Origin: an uncultured bacterium
Lineage (GTDB): Bacteria > Patescibacteriota > Minisyncoccia > Phycocordibacterales > Zambryskibacteraceae
Assembly (NCBI GenBank): GCA_963789635.1
Contig: CAWBLF010000003.1
Location: 140,364-204,363, forward strand
Direction of reading: 5' to 3'
Length of the DNA stretch: 64,000 bases
Shown here: positions 55,101 to 63,116 of the stretch, one piece after another
Layout of the letters: the number at the start of each line of letters is the position of its first letter
Numbering within the stretch: position 1 is the stretch's first letter
Notes under the pieces: model-generated
Databases searched by the model: none
What the model saw: the letters and a program-made list of their open reading frames with translations, nothing else
Told to the model about the DNA's origin: nothing
Position numbers and translations under genes: made by a program

Positions 55101-55176
55101 TTCGTTTTCGTTTTGGAATCAGTTTTGTGACGACCCTAAGTGCGAATACTGTGCATTAAGAAAGGCTATGGCATAG
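52150..55176 (+). CDS. UvrD/PcrA-type superfamily 1 helicase fused to a C-terminal PD-(D/E)XK (RecB/Cas4-like) nuclease domain
   Basis: Helicase motifs AGPGTGKT, DEHQD, VGDEKQAIYRFQGA, MTAHKSKGLE and YVAMTRAK. The C-terminus has GRLDKLE...VVDYKTG plus Cys residues (LDCPWKYF; FCDDPKCEYC). Confidence 0.8.
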   Translation: MSQMISQAFKKAYKNLNKEQKVAVDTIEGPVMVIAGPGTGKTSILTLRIANILQKTDTPASGILALTFTDSGVHSMRRKLVGYIGPSAYRVHIYTFHSFAQEIISRYPEYFPRIIGGVVAGDSERYRILEEAILSKPFEIIKPFGKPALYVRPALKAIEDLKRDGVNASMFEDILTKEEKDILSSSDLKHTKGRFKGSIKREYSEALRNNAKNKELAELYDEYEKALHEQGLYDYADMLLELVGSLEKHPDLLRTLQEEYLYVLADEHQDANNSQNRILELLSDYRDTQNLFIVGDEKQAIYRFQGASLENFLYFQKKYRNATVVFLDSNYRSTQTILDASHELMISSGTDPKLRPRLKSTMKNGSTEPPISIIDFETRADEEIGIANDIKLAISSGTLPTEIAVLARTNAEIVSIGRALEEMSIPATLFTDDDVLSDREIAKLLHLFRSIVSPDNDELVGSVLFVDFLGIHPVDAVKINRYAFEHRVSPLELLSSDKLSNELTDPKAVKSFIKHFTNWIIKARNESAIDLFLTVISETGFQEYLLKKKESLEKIEKLAKLYDEMNVFLTAHKEATLKDFMDSLDLLVKHGGSISFSRRSLGAQGVSVMTAHKSKGLEWQRVYIANVSDTVWGNRRSVGKFRLPEPFDGAEESERNEDERRLFYVAMTRAKEYVIITYAKTDARGKDKLISQFAEELPSSLVIKKSGESSSSNDRISRATAVHDSDARTVFDKEYLQKIFLDQGLNATALNNYLDCPWKYFFKNLVRLPDAPEPYLHYGNAVHSALKAMGDSKRDGKKFTEKDFLKVFVSDLHRQPLSKSDLDFCIKRGKKNLPIYFRARNKEWHKNSFTEYAIEGAHITLPDNVEILLRGRLDKLEILEGNKVNVVDYKTGGYKSRNEILGLTQSSDGNIKRQLDFYRLLLSLHDQRRPGEAGHSDKYEMVSGTIEFVEPDEKDRLHSEVFLMTDEDGMKIKEEAVRVAQEILSFSFWNQFCDDPKCEYCALRKAMA

Positions 55177-55184
55177 GATTGCTG

Positions 55185-55997
55185 TCATTGCTTCATACTT
55201 TGAAGATTGTTGTTTAGGTTGCTCATTTCAGGCGAAATATGGTTTAGTGCTCCGTCTATCAGTGATTTGAGGACATCGTATGACTCTGCGCCGGCAAAAG
55301 ATATTTTTTCTCCATTGGGGCCAAGAAGTACGCTAAATGGAGTGCCTTGCGCGCCGGCATTTACCGCGTCCAGCGATTCGGAAGTTATTAGGTCAACGTA
55401 CTTATCTGCCGATAAACAAGTATTGAATGAATTTACATTGAGGTCGATGTCCTTTGCAATAATAGGAAGTTGGGCAGGGTCCAGAGTGTCATTTGAGCCA
55501 GTGCGGTTAAAAATCTGGTCCGTGTATTCCCAGAACTTGGCATTGCCACCAAACTCGTTGGCGCACTCCATAGCTTCCACTTCATTGGTGGCTTTTTTAT
55601 GGAGTGATGGAATGGGGTATTCACGATAAATCCATGCCACTTGACCGGTTTTTCCGTAATGGTCGATTATTTGACGCATGGTCGCATAAAATTCCTTGCA
55701 AAAAGGACATTCAGGGTCAGAGAATTCAATGATTTTTATGGGAGCGTTTGGGTTACCTAGTATATGGTCGGTGGCTGTTACCGGCTTTACATTGATTTCG
55801 TTGATTGAGCCAGTACCGGAATTAATACCCGATAATTGAATTGTTGGCGGAGTATTTTTTGAAAAATAAATACCAGCGCCAATCATAATCAAAGAAATAA
55901 TGATTGAAAACACAATAGTCAAATAATTTTGTCCGTGTGGCCAGTATTTTTTCGGTACATTCTGCTCGTATTGTGTCTGGTCTTTGGGAGGCAGCAT
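55185..55997 (-). CDS. membrane-anchored DsbA-family thiol:disulfide oxidoreductase
   Basis: An N-terminal TM helix, then FSDPECPFCKEF (CxxC) in a thioredoxin fold. Confidence 0.7.
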   Translation of the reverse strand: MLPPKDQTQYEQNVPKKYWPHGQNYLTIVFSIIISLIMIGAGIYFSKNTPPTIQLSGINSGTGSINEINVKPVTATDHILGNPNAPIKIIEFSDPECPFCKEFYATMRQIIDHYGKTGQVAWIYREYPIPSLHKKATNEVEAMECANEFGGNAKFWEYTDQIFNRTGSNDTLDPAQLPIIAKDIDLNVNSFNTCLSADKYVDLITSESLDAVNAGAQGTPFSVLLGPNGEKISFAGAESYDVLKSLIDGALNHISPEMSNLNNNLQSMKQ

Positions 55998-56014
55998 GAT
56001 TGATTTTTTGAGAT

Positions 56015-57901
56015 TTATAGCAAACTCTCAGGGTCAACTTTTATTAAAACTTGAGGTGGTAAAATCTTGGTTTTTTCCAAAAAATTCGTGTTTGGCCAAT
56101 CCGAGGGTTTGAACTTAAATAGCAAGTGGCTGACAACATTTCCCTTGGGACTTTGGTAAGTGCTTTCAAACAATATAGGGTCAAATTCTTCAAATATTAC
56201 CTTTAGTCGTTCGGCTTCATTTTCAATCGCGGAGCGTTTGCCTTCGATAGTGAACTTTACAAATATTGAAAATGGCGGATAGCCAAATCGTTCGCGGTCA
56301 TTGATTTCATCACGATAAAAATCTATGAGATTGCCTTTGAGAGCGTAATCAAAAAGTTTTTCTTTGGCGTTTCTAGTTTGTATTAAAAATGCCTTTTCGG
56401 TCTTTGAACGCATTGATATTAGTAAATAAAAAATTTTTTCTTTAATTCGAAAATCCGGTAGCGCAAACAACGCGTCTATAGAGGCTACAGCTATATTTTC
56501 AATAGGTTCGGTCAAGTACGTTAACGCAAGTTCTGTCCCTATAAGCACAGACCCCGGCGTGTTTTTGAATTTTTGAATAATTTCTAGCGCTTTTTTATCT
56601 GTTTTGACATTATCCTTGTCCATTTGGAATAACTGGACATCTGGGAAATGCTTTGTAATTTCATTTGCGACTCCGTCGAGGCCGACACCAAATGTTTTTA
56701 ATTTCCAACTTTGACAGTGGGTGCAACGCACAGAAGACGATGTCTCGGTGCCGCACTTGTTGCACAGAAACAGATTTTCATCTTTTTTTTGGTAGAGAGT
56801 TACGGGCGCGCCACAATTCTTGCAAGTCACCACTTGGCCACAGTCGCCACAGACAGTTATCGGTGCCAATCCTTTGCGCGCGCAATAAATGAATAAATTT
56901 TCACTTTCGGTTTTTGTTTTGTCTATAAGGGCTTCAAGTTCTGGAGACATTATTTTGAAATTTTCTTCAAATTTTCCTTTGGGTAGTTTCATGTCGACTA
57001 GCAGACATTCCGCCGTGGAAAGCATACGAAACTTTAGTGGAAACAGTTCGGCGTATTCATCATGTTTTTGGCGCCACTGCGTTTCTACAGAAAGCACCAA
57101 ATCGCCCAGTATCAGTTTTATACCGTTTTTTTTGGCAAAAAACTGGACAAAGATTTTCAAATCTATGTACGGTCGAGTGAGTGTCCGCCACGAACGAGAA
57201 TTCTCGCGATCGATAACAAAGGTATGCACATCATTTCTCAAGATTGAAATAAAGGGAGGAGTGCCGATGATAAGAAGCGGGTGGGTCTCGTCGTTTATTC
57301 TACCAACAGCCTCTTTGAATTCTTTTTTTGTAAGTTCGCTATGTAGCGTAATTGTGTATTGTTCGATTCCTTTTTCCAAAAAACTTTTTGTTCGTTTTAT
57401 ATCTTCTATTGTCGGCAAACAAAAAAAGACGGATGACTGTCTGGCAAATTCGCTTCGCACGACTCCTTTGTAGTGAGCAAGTCGTTCCAAATCGTTATCT
57501 TGAATGACCATTTGCTCCTTCGGTAATTCGGATTTTTTTATGTTTTTGTTTTTTGTTATAACATCGCTTGAATCGATAATCTGTTTGGATACGACTGACT
57601 GAAGGACCGCGCCGGTCGTAGTGGCAAAAAATTTTGCCGTATCGATGGCGCTTTCAAGAAATTCCGACGGTAGAAAATTTTGGTTTATGACCCGTCCAAT
57701 TTTTTTCAGAGCATAACTTTGAGACTTTATCTCACTTTTGCTTAAATTTACATCGTGAATATCGATGACTATGGCGTGCACAGTTTTTTTGCGAAGTGGA
57801 ATGGAGACAAGAGCTCCCAAGGCAATGTCACCTGGTCCAAAATAGGTCAAAGTTTCCTTGCCAATACCACGGGCTATTGGGATAACGGTGTATATATGCA
57901 T
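56015..57901 (-). CDS. priA: primosomal protein N' (PriA)-like, with degenerate Walker A and Walker B motifs
   Basis: PriA N-terminal 3'-DNA-binding-like region, a Cys-rich zinc motif (CGDCG..V.C.NCG...LCNKCG...C..C), and a C-terminal domain. GVVRSEF sits where GxTGSGKT is expected, and DRENSRSW where DEEH is expected. Confidence 0.7.
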   Translation of the reverse strand: MHIYTVIPIARGIGKETLTYFGPGDIALGALVSIPLRKKTVHAIVIDIHDVNLSKSEIKSQSYALKKIGRVINQNFLPSEFLESAIDTAKFFATTTGAVLQSVVSKQIIDSSDVITKNKNIKKSELPKEQMVIQDNDLERLAHYKGVVRSEFARQSSVFFCLPTIEDIKRTKSFLEKGIEQYTITLHSELTKKEFKEAVGRINDETHPLLIIGTPPFISILRNDVHTFVIDRENSRSWRTLTRPYIDLKIFVQFFAKKNGIKLILGDLVLSVETQWRQKHDEYAELFPLKFRMLSTAECLLVDMKLPKGKFEENFKIMSPELEALIDKTKTESENLFIYCARKGLAPITVCGDCGQVVTCKNCGAPVTLYQKKDENLFLCNKCGTETSSSVRCTHCQSWKLKTFGVGLDGVANEITKHFPDVQLFQMDKDNVKTDKKALEIIQKFKNTPGSVLIGTELALTYLTEPIENIAVASIDALFALPDFRIKEKIFYLLISMRSKTEKAFLIQTRNAKEKLFDYALKGNLIDFYRDEINDRERFGYPPFSIFVKFTIEGKRSAIENEAERLKVIFEEFDPILFESTYQSPKGNVVSHLLFKFKPSDWPNTNFLEKTKILPPQVLIKVDPESLL

Positions 57902-57976
57902 TGGTCTATCATAAAGGAAAAAATTACATTTTGCCCAAATGTTTTGCCGAAATCAGTATTGGGCAGATTTTTGTAG

Positions 57977-58207
57977 CTAGAAACTGAGGTGAAAGATTGC
58001 CCCCTGCGAGTCTACGACCATTGTGTGGCTACTATCTAGAATAAATTGAGGCATAGTGGCGTGATATATCGGTTGAAAATTCTGTATATCTGCATGGTTT
58101 AGTTCGATGGCATTTATGCTGGAATCATTTGCAAAAACAACCACGTCATCGTATCCGGGCAGGAAGTCTAGAGAACGAATCTTGTAACGTGAAGATACGA
58201 CTACCAT
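57977..58207 (-). CDS. hypothetical protein; probably the C-terminal part of the 58230-58772 gene (apparent frameshift)
   Basis: Its reading frame stays open upstream into the 3' end of the preceding ORF. Confidence 0.35.
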   Translation of the reverse strand: MVVVSSRYKIRSLDFLPGYDDVVVFANDSSINAIELNHADIQNFQPIYHATMPQFILDSSHTMVVDSQGAIFHLSF

Positions 58208-58229
58208 TCGGCTGTTGCAAACACCTAAA

Positions 58230-58772
58230 TTACAAAAATAATAGGGAATTTTTGCCGGATCTCCCCAACCATTCGGCCAAAACGAGATTTTGGACAGCCC
58301 AGAGGGCCATATTGCCGTCTTTTGATTGAATTACCGATTTATCGGAAAGAACATTGAGGGATTTGAATTGTTTTACATAGGTTTTATATTCATCGCTACT
58401 GCTTGCGACATCACTGCGAATCGGTGATATCAGAATTGAAAAACTTTGTAAGGTAGTGGATGAATGGGGAGTGGTGTCAATTGTTTTTACCCAAGGCCAA
58501 TAGCCGTCTTTGGTGACTGAAAACTGATGAGGTGTCTGGGTAAGTTTGTTGAAAACAAAACCCTCATCATCTGCAGAAGTATTATGGAGGACAAGATTGT
58601 CTACGACAATTTGTGAATTTGCGTATTCAGCCGAAATAGTGACGCTTCCGCCGTTTGGATCCGTCGGTAGAGAATTGTGCGGTTTGCTACGGATTATGGC
58701 CACCAAAGCGACAACACAAAACAGAATAATGACCCCAATTATAATACGAGTATTTAAGGAGAGGTTTTGCAT
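58230..58772 (-). CDS. hypothetical membrane-anchored protein with a PEGA-like beta domain
   Basis: An N-terminal TM helix, then a segment IVVDN....T......F..L....H.F.V.KDGYWPW resembling PEGA domains. Confidence 0.4.
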   Translation of the reverse strand: MQNLSLNTRIIIGVIILFCVVALVAIIRSKPHNSLPTDPNGGSVTISAEYANSQIVVDNLVLHNTSADDEGFVFNKLTQTPHQFSVTKDGYWPWVKTIDTTPHSSTTLQSFSILISPIRSDVASSSDEYKTYVKQFKSLNVLSDKSVIQSKDGNMALWAVQNLVLAEWLGRSGKNSLLFL

Positions 58773-58961
58773 ATCAATAAATGTATCACAATCTGGATTA
58801 GAGGAGTCAATATTTATACTGATATTCCATTGTTATATGAAACTTGTATAAATTATTGCACAAAGTATAAATTTGACCATAGTTGCTATTTTCATTGATA
58901 TTTAAATTAACTTTGATTTTTGCTTTCGAAACATATAAGCTACCTTGTATATATATCGGCC

Positions 58962-59975
58962 ATGTCTATTTTTAGCAAAAAACTGGGTATTGATTTGGGC
59001 ACAACTTCCGTACTTGTTTATGTACCGGGTCAAGGAATCGTGCTCAATGAGCCGTCGGTTGTTGCCATTTCGGAGGAGGGCAACAAAATATTGGCTATTG
59101 GTCTTGAAGCCAAGAAAATGATCGGCAAAACACCTGAGTCCATAGTGGCTTACAGACCGATGAAAGATGGAGTCATAGCTGATTATCGTGTCACTGAAGC
59201 CATGCTCCGATACTACATTTCAAGGGCGCTTGGAAAATGGAACTTTGCCAAACCAGAAGTTCTGATTTCTGTTCCAGCCGGAGTTACATCCACTGAGCGA
59301 CGAGCGGTGGTGGAAGCGGCAATAAAGGCGGGAGCAAAAAACGCTTACGTCGTAAAAGAGCCCATTCTCGCGGCCATTGGCGCCGGTATCCCGATTCATG
59401 AGCCCATAGGGCATATGATTGTGGATATTGGAGGTGGTACCACCGACGTCGCCGTCATTTCGCTCGGCGGTATTGTGGCTTCTACTTCGGTAAAATGCGC
59501 CGGTAACAGGATAGACAGCGCCATATCTGACTACATCAAAAAAACTTTTAATCTTGCGATAGGTGACAAGACTGCAGAAGAAATAAAAATAAATATCGGT
59601 TCAGCTATACCCCTGGATGAGGAGCTCACTATTACAATCAAAGGACGTGATTATGTGCTCGGTCTTCCTCGTTCAGTGGAAATAAAAACAAATGAAATTA
59701 CAAAAGCAATCAGCAAAGAACTTCGTGAAATGATCAAAGCGATAAAAGATGTGTTGCAAGAAACACCACCCGAACTCTCCTCGGATATTATAGATCGAGG
59801 CATCATCATGACCGGAGGATCTTCGCAACTTCGTAATTTTCCGGAACTTGTATTTCGTAGAACGGGGGTAAAGGCGGTTTTGGCCAAGGATGCTATCTAC
59901 TGCGTTGCGCAAGGGACGGGTATTGCCCTTGAGCATTTGGATACATACAAAAAAACTATTTTGGCAAAACGCTAG
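58962..59975 (+). CDS. mreB: rod shape-determining actin homologue MreB
   Basis: GIDLGTTS, EP.AAAIGAG, DIGGGTTD and GGSSQLR motifs. Confidence 0.95.
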   Translation: MSIFSKKLGIDLGTTSVLVYVPGQGIVLNEPSVVAISEEGNKILAIGLEAKKMIGKTPESIVAYRPMKDGVIADYRVTEAMLRYYISRALGKWNFAKPEVLISVPAGVTSTERRAVVEAAIKAGAKNAYVVKEPILAAIGAGIPIHEPIGHMIVDIGGGTTDVAVISLGGIVASTSVKCAGNRIDSAISDYIKKTFNLAIGDKTAEEIKINIGSAIPLDEELTITIKGRDYVLGLPRSVEIKTNEITKAISKELREMIKAIKDVLQETPPELSSDIIDRGIIMTGGSSQLRNFPELVFRRTGVKAVLAKDAIYCVAQGTGIALEHLDTYKKTILAKR

Positions 59976-59992
59976 TATGTATAATATAAGCT

Positions 59993-60679
59993 ATGGATAT
60001 TGGTTCCAAAATTGACTCCAAAAATATTCACCACTCCTATCTTTTGGTAGGAGATACAGGAACAATAGAGTCTGAACTCATAAACTTTATAGAAAATAAT
60101 CTTAATTTTCCTATACTCGCCAATCCCGATTTTTGGTTGGCACGTTTTGAGACATTCTCCATTGATGATGCAAGGAAGCTTTCGGAGCTTCATCTGCGCA
60201 AGCCTTTTTCGGCCGAAAGAAAAATATTTATCGCCACTGTTTCGGATATTACTGTGGAGGCACAAAACGCACTGCTGAAGCTTTTTGAAGAACCAATACA
60301 AGGAAATTATTTTTTTCTTATTACAAACGAAGAAAAGAATATTTTACCGACCCTGCGTTCACGGATGGCGTATTTGAACATGCGCGAAGTTTCAAATAAA
60401 GAAGATGATTCCTTCGGAAGGAAATTTTTAAAAAGTAATATTGCAGATCGAATGATACTAATTTCAAAAATTGTTGAAGACAAAGATAAAAACGAGGCAA
60501 AAAAATTAATCCGTTCGGTCATTGGCGCCATTCGCGACGAGTACAAAGATGAAAAAAGTTTGATTCGCATGGTTCCTGTTTTGGAAGACCTCATTCGTTC
60601 TGATGATTATCTTTCCGACAGGTCACCGTCAATAAAAATGATTCTTGAACATATGGCGCATATTGTCCCGCAACTTTGA
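59993..60679 (+). CDS. holB: DNA polymerase III delta'-like clamp-loader subunit (short)
   Basis: HSYLLVG start, AQNALLK.FEEP, and LPTLRSR (SRC) motifs. No Walker A lysine. Confidence 0.65.
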   Translation: MDIGSKIDSKNIHHSYLLVGDTGTIESELINFIENNLNFPILANPDFWLARFETFSIDDARKLSELHLRKPFSAERKIFIATVSDITVEAQNALLKLFEEPIQGNYFFLITNEEKNILPTLRSRMAYLNMREVSNKEDDSFGRKFLKSNIADRMILISKIVEDKDKNEAKKLIRSVIGAIRDEYKDEKSLIRMVPVLEDLIRSDDYLSDRSPSIKMILEHMAHIVPQL

Positions 60680-60722
60680 CTTAGACATCGGATGTCCAAG
60701 TGTTTGTGATATAATTTTGCCG

Positions 60723-61253
60723 ATGTTACTTATTACACACGGGGTTGTCGGCGGGGCACTGGCAAGCGGTCTGCACTTAAATTCTCCAACTGCATTTGTA
60801 GTTGGTGTGGCCAGTCACTATCTGTTAGATATGATTCCTCATTGGAATTATGGGATGCATTCCGGAACAAAAAGTACTGACAAGCGCCATTTGAACGGAA
60901 CAATAACGTTTGGAAAGTTGTTTTTAATCGATTTGCTGAAAATAATTCCAGATTTTCTGCTCGGAGTCTTATTACCGCTTTATTTTTTTGTAACCCATGA
61001 CGTCTTCTCGGCGGCCAGTTTTCAAACAATTCTTGCCAGTCCGGTAACGTGGGGGATAGCCGGTGGTATGTTTCCGGACTTTTTGCAACTTGTTTATTAC
61101 AGGACAAAACGTGAACCGTTTACAAGTATTCAAAAATTTCACGTGTTTGCTCATGCTTCGGAACATAAAATATTGGACAAGGATAGGTCGCTGTGGTGGG
61201 CAGTTCCAGAGTTGGCTATCGCCGTCATTTGTCTAGTATTTCTCGGTCATTGA
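60723..61253 (+). CDS. membrane protein, possibly a YdjM/DUF457-like membrane-bound metal-dependent hydrolase
   Basis: Multi-TM protein with H-rich motifs (ITHG, SHYLLDMIPHW). Weak family call. Confidence 0.4.
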   Translation: MLLITHGVVGGALASGLHLNSPTAFVVGVASHYLLDMIPHWNYGMHSGTKSTDKRHLNGTITFGKLFLIDLLKIIPDFLLGVLLPLYFFVTHDVFSAASFQTILASPVTWGIAGGMFPDFLQLVYYRTKREPFTSIQKFHVFAHASEHKILDKDRSLWWAVPELAIAVICLVFLGH

Positions 61254-61283
61254 TTAGAGATTATTTTTTGTTAGAATGAGCTC

Positions 61284-61835
61284 ATGGCTTACAACTTTTC
61301 ACCATTAAAACAGAAAATTACCGAGACCGAAGATTGGCTCAAAAAGGAATTTTCACAAATTCGCACCGGAAGGGCCACTCCTATCATACTTGACGCTGTC
61401 ACGGTGGACTCTTATGGTTCACAAATGTCAATCAAAGAAATGGCAAGTATTACCATTGAAGATCCAAAGACTATTCGCGTAGTACCTTGGGATCAGAGTC
61501 AGATCAAGGCGATAGAGAAAGGAATTACCAGTTCCAATCTCGGTCTTTCCGTTTCAACCGATGAGAAAGGACTACGGGTCATATTTCCGGAGCTTACGAC
61601 GGAACGCAGAGCGCAACTTGCAAAGGTCGCAAAGCAAAAGCATGAGGAAGCGCGAGTGTCTTTGCGCAAAGAGCGGGAGCTCCGGCGTGATGACATCGTC
61701 AGTCAGGAAAAAAAAGGAGCGATCAGCGAGGATGATAAATTCCGTCTGAATGAAGAACTTCAGAAGATGATTGACGAATCAAATCGAAAATTGGACGATT
61801 TGATGACCCGAAAGGAAAAGGAGATTATAGAGTAA
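61284..61835 (+). CDS. frr: ribosome recycling factor
   Basis: 183 aa with IRTGRATP..LD.V.V..YG and LT.ERR..L.K motifs. Confidence 0.95.
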   Translation: MAYNFSPLKQKITETEDWLKKEFSQIRTGRATPIILDAVTVDSYGSQMSIKEMASITIEDPKTIRVVPWDQSQIKAIEKGITSSNLGLSVSTDEKGLRVIFPELTTERRAQLAKVAKQKHEEARVSLRKERELRRDDIVSQEKKGAISEDDKFRLNEELQKMIDESNRKLDDLMTRKEKEIIE

Positions 61836-61912
61836 TCTACATTATCAACAATTTATGAGTATACTACTCATAGCTCTAATAATAGCGGTGTTTGTTTTCT
61901 TTCAGAATTAGA

Positions 61913-63004
61913 ATGAACGTAATTATATTTATAGTAATTTTGGCGATACTCATTCTCGTTCACGAGTTTGGACATTTTATCGTTGCTAAAAAATCGGGAA
62001 TCAAGGTTAGTGAATTTGGCTTGGGTTTTCCTCCAAGACTATGGGGAATTCAAAAAGGAGAAACACTGTATTCCATAAATGCCATACCGTTTGGAGGTTT
62101 TGTTAAAATTTTTGGCGAAGATCCAAATGAAGAGTCAATCAACGGTCCAGATAGCTCGAGAAGTATCATTCACAAACCACGCCTAATTCAAGCGGCGGTA
62201 CTGGTAGCAGGCGTGTCTTTCAATATACTTTTTGCCTGGCTTTTGATTTCCTCCGGTTACATAATCGGGCTTCCAACACCGACAAACTATGATGGACCGG
62301 GAATAGTAGAAAATCCGCACATAGTCGTGACCGCTCTGACACCCGGATCGCCGGCTTCTACCGCTGGCGTAAAAGTGGGCGATACAATAGTGGGTATTTC
62401 GTCCGGCAAGCTTACGACAAAATCAATTACTCCGGAAATTCTTTCAAATTTTGTTGAAGCACAGGGAACAAATCATATTATTTTAAATGTTGATCGTGGC
62501 GCGGAGCCCCTATCTTTTGATATAGTGCCGGCGCCCGGGGTGGTGGCTGGCAAGCTTGCTATCGGAATTAGTATGGAAAATATAGGTATCCTGCACTTAC
62601 CGTTTTATTTGGCACTTTGGGAAGGAGCGAAGACTACTTGGGAAACATTGGTCGTGACAACCGTCGGACTTTTGTCTTTCCTGGGCACCGCATTTCACGG
62701 GCACGCCAATCTTTCGGAAATTACCGGTCCGGTGGGAATCGTCAGTTTGGTCGGTGATGTAGCCCATTTGGGTTTTGTGTATCTTATTTCCTTTACGGCT
62801 ATTATTTCCATAAATCTTGCCGTAATCAATCTTTTGCCATTTCCCGCGCTCGATGGCGGAAGATTGGTAGTCGTCTTCATCGAAGCCATACGACGAAAAT
62901 CTATTTCTCCAAAAATAATAAATGTTGTAAACAGTGTCGGTTTTGTGCTTCTGATTATCCTCATGCTGGTTGTCACGGTTCACGATATTTGGAAATTCTT
63001 TTAG
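61913..63004 (+). CDS. rseP: RIP metalloprotease RseP (M50 site-2 protease) with a PDZ domain
   Basis: HEFGHF zinc motif in TM1, a central PDZ-like segment, and a C-terminal NLLPFPALDGG motif. Confidence 0.85.
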   Translation: MNVIIFIVILAILILVHEFGHFIVAKKSGIKVSEFGLGFPPRLWGIQKGETLYSINAIPFGGFVKIFGEDPNEESINGPDSSRSIIHKPRLIQAAVLVAGVSFNILFAWLLISSGYIIGLPTPTNYDGPGIVENPHIVVTALTPGSPASTAGVKVGDTIVGISSGKLTTKSITPEILSNFVEAQGTNHIILNVDRGAEPLSFDIVPAPGVVAGKLAIGISMENIGILHLPFYLALWEGAKTTWETLVVTTVGLLSFLGTAFHGHANLSEITGPVGIVSLVGDVAHLGFVYLISFTAIISINLAVINLLPFPALDGGRLVVVFIEAIRRKSISPKIINVVNSVGFVLLIILMLVVTVHDIWKFF

Positions 63005-63116
63005 ATTTTGTTTGGCGTGAAAATTAATATATTTGGTCACTATTTAAAGTAGTGTCAAGTTTTAAAATTAACCCAAAAAGCTTTTACTTAACCGCTTTTA
63101 TTTGTATAATGCCCGA

